In this document: positions 27,151 through 38,088 of the stretch, one piece after another
Layout of the letters: every line of letters starts with the position of its first letter
Numbering within the stretch: the stretch's first letter is position 1
Assembly (NCBI GenBank): GCA_028534125.1
Contig: CM052817.1
Location: forward strand, 59,894,001-59,958,000
DNA: 64,000 nucleotides
Reading direction: 5' to 3'
Source: Lama glama
Taxonomy: Eukaryota
The notes under the pieces: generated by a model
Told to the model about the DNA's origin: nothing
Databases searched by the model: none
Seen by the model: only the letters and a program-made list of their open reading frames with translations
Made by a program: the position numbers and the translations under genes

Positions 27151-28875
27151 AATATATCAAAATGCATACGTTATTGGAACTCACTTAATATTTTTCTAAA
27201 TTAACTGCAAAAATTGTGATTTAACATGTTTCAAAAATTTACCTCAGCTTAATTCTTTGTATATATTAGATAATTATTCCAAAAGCATACTTAAAGTTTA
27301 AGAAAAAAATTTATAAATTCTTGGACAAAACTACTGTATAGTGTATATAGTTTGAGTCATTGGGATAATAGTGTATTTACAAAAATAAAAAATTATTTAA
27401 AAACTTTTGTAAATTAGACCCAGTTGATAAAAATTTCTCAAACAAAAAATTAAAACCTATTTGAGAATTTTAACATACAAATAAAATTGCATTTTGATAA
27501 TTATGAAAATAAAACATCCATTTCACTTGGTAATATGGAAATTCATTATAATGAATGTATTGTCATATATTAAGTGCAAGGGCTTTGGGGAGTTTGCCTT
27601 GAAAGTGAGAGTTGTGAATTTTGCCACAGTCATTATTAGCTTCAAGTCTCAGGGAAGTTACTTGCCCTGAGCCTCATTTCCATCAAAGGGTAAAACTAAA
27701 TGATAAAATGCCAGTGAACGACTTACTACAATGCTTATTACTAACAAATGTTAATTACTTTCATTACTATTATTTCAGTTATTAAAAACTTGAGAGTTAA
27801 CACAAAAGATTGTCTATAATTCATATTATTGACTAATTGTCACGTCTTGTTGTATAGCTAGCATATCCTTTACAATTAGAGTTATTGTTTTTATTTACAT
27901 CCTTAGAGTGGTTGTGAAAGGTAAGATAAGGTGAACCCAGGAAAATATACCTCTGGTTGAAAGGAAAAAGAGTTCTAAAAACCCTACTTCTTGCCTGCGA
28001 AAAAATTAATGAAGGATATAATCGGAGAATTTCTGTTGAATGAGAAGAGACTGATGAATATATCTGTTATACATAATTCATGGAGGATATCTTAATATTA
28101 TCTAGGCAGATTATATATGTATACACACACACTCACACATGTGTAAACACACACATACAGACATGATGCCTTTATTTTGATAATTTCCCCTTAAATATTA
28201 GCTAGTCTGTATGCTCAGGTGAAGATGCAAACAGTATAGGAAATGCTAAGTTCGTTTGTTCACAATTCTGCTTAATTTTTCTGCTGTCTAGTAGTTTTGA
28301 ACATGTTCACATTTTTCTTCTTTTGAAAAATGAAATAAAGGAGAAATCTGATTTTTACAGTATTGTCTGTATTACTTACCCTCCTTTTCACATATTTGCA
28401 CAATTTCCACTGACATTGGTGGGAATACCATGAGTAGACATAAAAAGGTTATAGCTTTCTTGATTTGGGTATCTGTGCACAGTGCAATTAAAATATGTGC
28501 ATATTGCGCTGTTAGAATTAAATTTAAAAACCTACTAATGAATAGTAGCATCTAAAACAGTGAAAATATGTGATGATTTAACAATTCTGAATAGCTCTTC
28601 AGAACTGCAAATCCATATGTGACCAATAAATTGTCTCAAAGCACAGAGTTGTGCCATTAAAAAATTTTTAACCTGCAAAGTGAAATTGCAGATGCTTCTA
28701 AGGCAAAGGGGAATAAATTGTATGTGGAAGTCTTATGTTCAGGTTTTTACTATAATTCTTCAATTTTAAATATTTCATGGCTTATAGTAAATGAATTTGA
28801 TATGCTAATCACCAGAGTAGTACTCATTATCAAATACACATGTATGTGCGTGTGTGTATATATATCCTCTACTAT

Positions 28876-29452
28876 TGTTACCAGGAACAGGGGAATAAAA
28901 GTTACTTTGGTTCTTAGTCACCCCAAAAAATGAATTTTTAACGAGAGACAGAAAGCGTGATATAAACAGAAGATTTTATTAGTGAAGTAAAAAGGTAGTA
29001 AAATATAGTACACCCCTCAGAATTGGGGGCGGGCCAATCCAAGAGAGGAAAAATGGCACTGCTCTTTTTTTCTCCTATTTTTATATCCTGGCTTAGGGGG
29101 CATTTTTGTGATTGATTGATTTACTGCTCAAGTTCTTTGTGCTCAGGCATACCCATTCCTTTTGTGCATGTTCTTACCCATGATACACACAGAGAAACCT
29201 AGAGGAAGGGGCTCAAACTGCAATGCTAATTACATTATAATGAGCATTGGGTCAAGTTAAGCTGGGTCTTTCTCTCTATTGTGCAGCCGCAGTGTTCAAT
29301 TCTAGCCAGCTTCTTTGCTGGCCTTCATTTAGAGAAAGTAAAAATTTTTGGAGTCTCTTATCCTGAGCGCAGGTGTACTGTTATTTTCTGGGTTGCTCCT
29401 TCCGTCTTTGTCTCCCCTTGCCTGCTGCTCATTTCTATCTAACTGCCTAACA
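28876..29452 (-). mobile_element. ERV solo LTR, 577 bp, probably ERV1 class
   Basis: Termini TGTTA...TAACA; 4-bp TSD ctat (28872-28875 / 29453-29456); minus-strand TATAAAA (29079-29085) and AATAAA (28975-28980) in the expected order. Confidence 0.85.
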
Positions 29453-30409
29453 CTATTACCAGTTATTTAATATATATCAAATATACATGTAGTAGTACTA
29501 GTTTTTGTCACACATATGTATATATGAATGACATAATGTATTTATGTATGTAATATATATGCACACATACTTGGAGTAAATGCTTGAAATGAAAAAAAAT
29601 TATAATATGGAAGAAATAGTTACAAACTTGAAACCAGAAAACTTAAATTCCTACTCCACCCATTCTAACTTTTGGCTGTGTGATTTTGGTTAAATTACTT
29701 AAAATCTTTTCACTACAATTTCTGAAAAATGAGAATTTTTTTATACCATCCTTAACGTTTCTTTTAGCTATGAGATTATGAAATCCATAATTGCTATTTC
29801 TGTTATAGTCTTATGAATTCTGCTAGAGATTGATTAAATATGTAATGAATTTTAACTGTCCTGTCAGCAACTCATCTGTGAAGAAACAAAACGGCTTGGC
29901 TTTGATGATTGTCTCTGTGTTGATGGAAGGTTAGCTGGATAGATGGATGGATGAAAGGGTGGATGCATGAAGACGTGGAAGGAAAGGGAAAAAAGAGAGG
30001 AAAAATGCACAGAGAGGATAAGAGAGTTAACTGTTGCTTAAAAGAAAAATATTCACTGCATATAGCAACTTTGAAAAGTTTATCTTTTTAAGAATATGTG
30101 TTGTAAAGAATTTCTATTAGGCAAAATTAAATGAGTAAAGAATTTGAACTTTGTGGCTAAAAAAATTGGTTACTTTGATTTTCTTTGGAACTCTGAAATC
30201 TCACCATATGTTTATGGGCTATTTCATATATGTCTTTTTAGATAAGATTTTAAGCATACAATGATTGTGTAAGGATAATTTAGATGTGTCGACACTTGTT
30301 TTCAATTTTTAGAATTACTTATTTTAGAAGCTACTTGGTATGTTACATAAACTGAGATATGCAAATCGTTCAATAATTTTATCCACTCTGTATGTGGAAA
30401 AGTTTCTTC

Positions 30410-31014
30410 TGTTATCAATCCCTTTGATCGGGTGAATCCCAGCTAGGTCCTTTCCTTACCAGGTACGGCTCACAGCAATGGAAGGAGGCCAGGTTCTGTA
30501 GAGCAGAGCAAACTTTATTCCTGGATCAAGGAACGGAGAAGGGAGAGCATTAGGACTCCTTCTCCGCGCGGGAAGGGGAGTGGAGAACTTTAAGGGGTGA
30601 GAAGTGGGTATGCCTGTCAGAATTCAGGGAAAGCGGCATAACCAGCCGGGCTTGCGCAGGCCTTTGGGCTCCTTTGCGCAGGACACTAATTCTGCCCAGC
30701 AAAGTGTAAGTCATCCGTTAGGGAGGAGAACCTACCGTGGTAATGAAGCAAAGGCAACCTTCAGACACTTTGGGTCTTATCTGCGCAGGCGCTGCTGCCA
30801 TGGTCCGGCTGGAACCAGTTCAGGGCACTTGACCGTCGCCATCTTGGACCTTTCTGCTCCGAACAGTTCTGCGGTTTTGCAGGTGCGGCGTCTGCCTTAG
30901 TTTCTGTGAGGCAGGCGCAACTGCGGGCGTCGACGAGCAGACGTGGTGTGGGAAAAAAGAAAGTAGGTTAGCCTCTGTGCAATTTTCGGCCTCTTCTGGT
31001 GACGTTTTAAGACA
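30410..31014 (-). mobile_element. CpG-rich, relatively young ERV solo LTR (right boundary uncertain)
   Basis: Sharp GC/CpG rise against the flanks; left end tgttatc (minus-strand ...gataaca); minus-strand AATAAA at 30514-30519; repeated tgcgcagg; TSD not resolved. Confidence 0.7.
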
Positions 31015-32021
31015 TATCAAAACCTTTCTCAATATTTTTAGAGGAAATTCTGAGCTAGGTGAATATATTTTCTTTCCTCTCCTACCTTCCCAGCCAGTGT
31101 TTCTTTCCTCTACTTGTTTCTTATATATAAGAGAAAAAGAATTCAAACATTCAAATTAAAAATACAGGTATATGATTAATACCTTGCTGAAAAATTTGGG
31201 TCTTCTGGAGTCCTGAAAAATGCCTGTGATAATATATTCATATGTGGGTACATTTATAATTCTTCTTTTGTTCTAATTTAGGATTAGATGTAACATAGTT
31301 TTACTTCTATATTTGAAATTGAATTTAGGAATCCTGTTTTATAAGGTTATGCCTAACTAATATAAGGGAAGTTTATTACTGTTTCTTGAGTATTTAATAT
31401 ATTCATCCTCCATTATAAACATTCTAACAATAAGAATAATTTCTATGGCCCAGGAAATTATATTTTGCTAAGGAGACAAGGTGTACATCATCATGAATAA
31501 AAAACGTGAAGGTAGAAAATCTTAAAATGTTTTTGAGAGTTATGGAGATGGTCGGTTTTATTTATCAGGCATATTTATCAGACATGTTTTATTTATGAGG
31601 CATATTTGCAAATATGAATTTGTACAAAACGATTTTATGATCTAAAATGTTAACTTGTATATGTGACCCTTTACAACAATTAAAAAATTAAGACCTCAAC
31701 ATATATTCAATATTACTATAAACTATAATTCTGTCTCTTAAGATGTAAGAAGGAAAGTAAGCATGATGTATTTTTTATTTAAAAACTTGTATGTAGACAC
31801 ACTTGTATATGTCACTCTCTGTGTAAGGATAAACAAAGCCACTTTTCCCCTCCTATGGAAGGAGGAGACCATCGATCTGTAATATTGGAAATGACCAATT
31901 ACAAATTGGTGTAACAGAGATATTTAGAAGGTATTCTTTTCTGCTTGTTTCTTGGGTTATTCTTCCCTCTGGTTTGGCCAATGTGAAGTGTAAATAAAGA
32001 GTAATCTGTTAATCAAACACC

Positions 32022-32049
<28 letters not shown>
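32022..32049 (+). repeat. (GT)14 microsatellite
   Basis: Direct read. Confidence 0.95.
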
Positions 32050-32052
<3 letters not shown>

Positions 32053-32322
32053 CATGTGTAAGTGATGAAATAATTATTCCATTTTGACAATGAGTTGCAA
32101 CTACTTTCAACTTCAGGTTTTAAAATAAAACTGACAACGCTAATGAAAATAGCTGGGAAAGAAATAGATGTGTCATCATGTTAGCTATGTAGTTTTGAAT
32201 GCTGCATTTGATTAACTGTACATGGTTTAAAAAAGTAAATCTAGGATGTGATGTTAGATTAGACTCGTAATTTGTGTGTATTAGTACAAAGGATAAAGAG
32301 GTATCATTGCTATACTATTGAA

Positions 32323-32422
32323 NNNNNNNNNNNNNNNNNNNNNNNNNNNNNNNNNNNNNNNNNNNNNNNNNNNNNNNNNNNNNNNNNNNNNNNNNNNNNN
32401 NNNNNNNNNNNNNNNNNNNNNN
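32323..32422. other. Assembly gap (100 N)
   Basis: Run of N. Confidence 1.
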
Positions 32423-33528
32423 TTCCATGTTTTGGCTATTGTAAATAGTGCTGCTATGAACATTGGGGTGCAGGTGTCATCCTGAAGTAGATTTCCTTCT
32501 GGATACAAGCCCAGGAGTGGGATTCCTGGGTCATATGGCATCACTTTAAATATATCTTGCCACTCCCTTCTGGCCTGTAGAGTTTCTGCTGAAAATCAGC
32601 TGATAACCTTATGGGAGTTCCCTTGTATGTTATTTGTTGCTTTTCTCTTGCCAGTTTTAGTATTTTCTCTTTATTCTTAATTGTTGTCAGTTTGATGGCT
32701 ATGTGCCTTGGTGTGTCCCTCTTTGGGTTGATTCTGTGTGGTACTCTCTGTGCTTCCAGGACTTGGGTGACTGTTTCCTTTCCCAATTTGGGGAAGTTTC
32801 AGTTATTATCTCTCCCAAAATTTTCTCAGTTCCTTGCGCTCTCTCTTCTCTTTCTGGGACCCTTGTAAGGCAAATATTAGAGCACTTTATGGTGTCCCAG
32901 ACTTCTCTTAAACTATCCTCATTCCTTTTTATTCTTTTTTCTGTTCTGAGGTAGTGATTTCCGCTAATCTGTCTTAGCTCACCGATCCGTTCTTCTGCCT
33001 CATTTAGTCTATTCTTGGTTCCTTCTAGTATATTGTTCATTTCAGTGGTTTTATTCTTCAACTCTGTTTGGGTATTCTTTCTATTTTCCGACTCTTTGCG
33101 AAAAACTTCACTCTGTGCATCTATACTCCTCTTGAGTTCTCTGAACATCTTAACCATCATTACTTTAAACTCCTTCTCAGATAAATTACCTATCTCCTCA
33201 TCACTTATGTCTTCTTCTGGAATTTTATCTTGTGCCTTGGCCTGGGAGATATTCCTTTGCCACCTCATATCTGTCTTTCTATGTGTTTGTGGATTCCTTC
33301 CATGGGCTTTGGGATTATTGTTTTCTTATTTCTAGTATCTGCCCCTGGTGGATGAGGCTGGACTAGAGGCTTATGCAGGTTTCCTGGCAGGAGGAGCCAA
33401 TGCCTGCCCACTGCTGGGTGAAGCTTGGTCCTGGACCTCTGGTGGATAGGGCTGTGTCTAGAGGCCTTTGTGGCTTAGGGAGTCTGCTGATGGGTGTGGC
33501 TGTGTTCCCACCCTGTACGTTGTTTGGC
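32423..33528 (-). mobile_element. Young L1 piece: 5' UTR and ORF1 (33528-32539) fused directly to ORF2 C-terminus (32538-32423)
   Basis: ORF1 translations MRWQRNISQ...KRNEDSLREVWDTIK and AQRVPHRINPKRDTPRHI...GTPIRLSADF; ORF2 PYDPGIPLLGLYP...CTPMFIAALFTIAKTW. Confidence 0.93.
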
Positions 33529-34028
33529 NNNNNNNNNNNNNNNNNNNNNNNNNNNNNNNNNNNNNNNNNNNNNNNNNNNNNNNNNNNNNNNNNNNNNNNN
33601 NNNNNNNNNNNNNNNNNNNNNNNNNNNNNNNNNNNNNNNNNNNNNNNNNNNNNNNNNNNNNNNNNNNNNNNNNNNNNNNNNNNNNNNNNNNNNNNNNNNN
33701 NNNNNNNNNNNNNNNNNNNNNNNNNNNNNNNNNNNNNNNNNNNNNNNNNNNNNNNNNNNNNNNNNNNNNNNNNNNNNNNNNNNNNNNNNNNNNNNNNNNN
33801 NNNNNNNNNNNNNNNNNNNNNNNNNNNNNNNNNNNNNNNNNNNNNNNNNNNNNNNNNNNNNNNNNNNNNNNNNNNNNNNNNNNNNNNNNNNNNNNNNNNN
33901 NNNNNNNNNNNNNNNNNNNNNNNNNNNNNNNNNNNNNNNNNNNNNNNNNNNNNNNNNNNNNNNNNNNNNNNNNNNNNNNNNNNNNNNNNNNNNNNNNNNN
34001 NNNNNNNNNNNNNNNNNNNNNNNNNNNN
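33529..34028. other. Assembly gap (500 N)
   Basis: Run of N. Confidence 1.
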
Positions 34029-34893
34029 GTCTGGGAGAGTTATTCCTCCAGCCTCTTTCTTTCTCTTCTGTAATGCTTTGGCAATTCTAGGTCTTTGATA
34101 GTTCCATATAAATTTTATTATGATTTGTTCTAGTTCTGTGAAATATGTCCTGGGTAATTTGATAGGGATTGCATTAAATCTGTAGATTGCCTTGGGCAGT
34201 GTGATCATTTTAGCAATATTGATTCTTCCAATCCAAGAGCATGGAATATCTTTCCATTTTTTAAAGTCTTCTTTAATTTCCTTCATCAATGGTTTATAGT
34301 TTTCTGTGTATAATTCTTTCACCTCCTTGGTTAGATTTATTCCCAGATATTTTATTACTTTGGGTGCTATTTTAAAGGGAATTCTTTCTTTACTTTCTTT
34401 TTCTGTTGATTTATCGTTAGTGTAAAGAAATGCAACTGATTTTTGAACGTTGATTTTGTAACCTGCAACTTTGCTGAATTCTTCAATCAGCTCTAGTAGC
34501 TTTTGTGTGGACCTTTTAGGGTTTTCTAAATATAGTAACATGTCATCAGCATATAATGACACCTCTTCTTTTCCAATTTGGATCCCTTTTATTTCTTTCT
34601 CTTGCCTGACTGCTGTGGCTAGGACTTCCAGGACTATGTTGAATAGGAGTGGTGATAGTGGGCATCCTTGTCTTGTCCCAGATTTTAGTGGGAAGCTTTT
34701 GAGTTTTTCACCGTTGAGTACTATGCTGGCTGTAGGTTTGTCATATATAGCTTTTATTATGTTGAGATATGTTCCCTCTATACCCACTTTGGCGAGAGTT
34801 TTTATCATAAATGGATGTTGAATTTTATCAAATGCTTTTTCTGCATCGATTGAGATGATCATGTGGTTTTGATCCTTTCTCTTGTTGATGTGG
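34029..34893 (-). mobile_element. Young 5'-truncated L1, ORF2 reverse-transcriptase region, frame still open
   Basis: [18 protein letters not shown]...[18 protein letters not shown]...YADDM...KYLGINLTK...GGITLPD (track ORF 33363-34862). Confidence 0.97.
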
Positions 34894-36699
34894 GTAAAAA
34901 GCCAAGTTTAAGATGAGATTTTACAGCTGAAAATAAAAAGTAAATAAATAACTGGATTTGAAATATTTGCTAGGATTTCCTGTTCTTTGGTTATGCCATA
35001 TGCAGTAAGACGAATTGTTACTTTTGTGTACTTCTTTGTTATTTGCAGAAGATGAACTACTTCTTTTGTGCATTTCCTTTCTTTACTTCTTTTTTTTTTC
35101 ATTACTTCTTAATTCAGCACAGAATTGACTAATTTGCCATCACTTTGGCAGGTTTCTGCCATTTATTAAGCCAGGTTTAATTTTTAAGGCAATTTTAAGT
35201 GTTCTGTCAGGTAATAGTAAAACGCTTCCATTAAAAATGTATTACCAATACTAAGCAGAAGTCAATAGCATCACCCACTATTAAACAAGTTTGATTAGAA
35301 ATGCTTCTTTTAACACACTCATTTAGAATCCATGACAAGCTGAAGCATCTCTATATAAACATACATCACTTCTTTGTGAATAGACATTTAGATTATCTGG
35401 CTTAAAAAGAATAGGTTATTTCAGCTCCAATTATAGCACGTTTATATTACACTTCATAACAAACTGCTAAAGAAATAAATGTGTGTTTCCAAGTCTGATA
35501 ATATTAAGTTTCAGTGTAGTGATTAACCTATAAATTCTCATAAATATTATCACAAATTAAAACGAGTCTTTACGAATGTGGATTCAAATTAGCAAAATAA
35601 ATCTAAAATGTATGGCGTAAATATTTTGATAAAATCTTAGCTTATAAAGTAGATTTCTGTCTGATTCAAAAGTGACAGGTCAAAATTAATATATATTGTA
35701 GATATCTCGTTACATCAATAAAATATCTATTCTGGCTAACAGCTACATACTAATATAAGTGCTAAATTTATATCTCAGTTTTAAAAAAATCTTCACCCTT
35801 TTCTCATATTCTTAACTATGTCGGGTATTCATAGTCAGGAAATGGAAAGGAAGGGTTCAAAGAGACTGGTGAAAGTAGTCTGTAATCCATGCAAGTATAG
35901 AAGGGCAGTTGTAAGAGAAAACCAAGTTGACACAGTAGTCCTATTAGACACTCTGCCTTCTCTAGCAAAAATTAATCATTGCCTTCCCATGGTGAAGCCA
36001 GTTAGGGTGGAGAGGTCAAAAGCAATATGCCACACTTGTCAGAAATGGACATAGTTTCATCCTTGTATTATCATGTATTGACTCTAATAATGCATGTTTA
36101 ATGTCATGAATTGTCTGTATTTCACTAGAGGACTAGGGGTGTCTGCCACAGAAACATTAAATCAGCTAAATTGATAGATGTAAAGTGTGTCTGCTTCTAG
36201 TTATAAGTATATGTGTATGTGTAAACATATATACACATTTGTATATGCATATTTAATGTGTTTATCTCTTCATATATGTGTATATAACACCTGTATTATA
36301 TTTAAAAATAGAAAAAGTCATTTTATATACATACAATTTTATTTTTACATTCACACACTTGAATGAGTATTATAGTCAAGAAATATATATTACATGTATA
36401 TGTATGTGGATATGTTTATATGCAGTTATTCCTTTATCGTGTTATTAACCCTTAGGTGTATGTTTTTTTTGTGTCAATAGGAAATTCATTAGGTTTACTT
36501 AAAAATACAAAAAGTAGATTGGCCCAATTATTTATGATTAAAAAGTAAAGAATTAAAAAATGTATGCCTGTTTACAACTGGAGGAATGAGAATAAACACA
36601 AATAAGTATGCACGGCCAGAAAGAATCCCCAGCTATGTGATAAAATCAAGATCCCCATTAAAATACTTTTGTTTCTTATGGGTATAATCCTGGAAGGCA

Positions 36700-36905
36700 G
36701 CATTTCATAGTGATGTAGAGCAAGGATGTTGGAGTCAAGGAGGCAAGAGCTCTGGCCCTTGATGTGGGACATTAGGCATATGTCTTGCATGCAATCCTAA
36801 TTTTTAAATCTGTATGTGTGTGAAGTAGTATATGTATCACATAATTGTTTTAAGGGTTAAATTAGATATTGTAATGTGAAAAAATTAATGGAAAATGTTA
36901 AGCTT
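36700..36905 (+). mobile_element. MIR SINE
   Basis: catagtgatgtagagcaaggatgttggagtcaa...ttgttttaagggttaaattagata. Confidence 0.55.
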
Positions 36906-36989
36906 TGTTTGGATTACATTACAGTATTAAAAAATACACTAGCTTTAACTGAGACATATTTAACTACCACAATTTACTTGCATTTTGTA

Positions 36990-37180
36990 TAATATTTAAT
37001 ACAATTAATAATCCTTACAGATAGATAATATTTTATTATTAAATATTACAGATGATGAATGTGGGGTTTAGAATTTAGAATTTGATCCCTTGCTCAAACT
37101 CATATACTTAAGAAATGTCAGAGTCAGAATTTGAAAACAGTTTACTCTTAGAACTGGGATATTTATTCAGTACACTACTG
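36990..37180 (-). mobile_element. MIR SINE
   Basis: aataatcctt...ttacagatgatgaa...ttgctcaa...gtcagagtcagaatttgaa. Confidence 0.6.
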
Positions 37181-37755
37181 AAAAACACACCCTCAATAAG
37201 AAGCCACGGTTCTGATCATCATCATCATTATTACATATGAATGAGAAAAATGCCTAATTATTCACTAGAACTTATTTTGGTTCTTCAGGAAATACTTCTT
37301 CATTAATTCTGCTTAGAGATTTGTATGTCTCAATTTTTTATGAATATTACTCATCTTACTATTGTGAAAGATACTGAAACTTGTTCAAAAAAAGAAAGGA
37401 AAGAAGGATGGAAACTAAAAGAGAAAAAATAAAGATTATAATAGAAATTTGGTTCCTACTTACTGTATGAATGGACTCTCGGAAAGTTTCCTGATTTTTC
37501 TCCCATTATTCAGAAAAAAACAATTCTTCAAGCTATAAATTCCTAAAGATCTCTTAACATGTATTAGCCACTTTGTCCTTCAAAGCCGTTTTGTACTTTA
37601 TTATAATGTCTTCCAGTTCCCCCTCAGCAATAACACTTTGATGTACTATTCATCATTTCCATTTGGAAGAAGTAATAACTACATTCCTGCTTAGCTGTCA
37701 CATTGCTTCCAGTACAGTGTGTTTCAGTAATAAATAAAGTGCGTGCTTTAAGTGA

Positions 37756-38088
<333 letters not shown>

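Noticed and set aside
28876..31014. Two LTRs of one deleted provirus
   Set aside because: They are dissimilar, the first has its own TSD, and the spacer shows no PBS or retroviral coding sequence
30410..31014. Host CpG-island promoter or coding ORFs 30604-30900 and 30820-31146
   Set aside because: Sharp boundaries, LTR-like end and internal poly(A) signal fit an LTR better; the ORFs resemble no protein I recognise
32530..32545. L1 ORF1-ORF2 fusion produced by splicing
   Set aside because: Related L1 copies here continue atatg/gtaagt on the + strand, but the junction keeps an extra g and the ORF1 side is not preceded by AG in the L1 consensus as I recall it
33363..34862. 499-aa ORF as an intact reverse transcriptase gene
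   Set aside because: It runs through 500 N and joins an L1 ORF2 fragment to unrelated L1 5' UTR sequence; 5'-truncated retrotransposon
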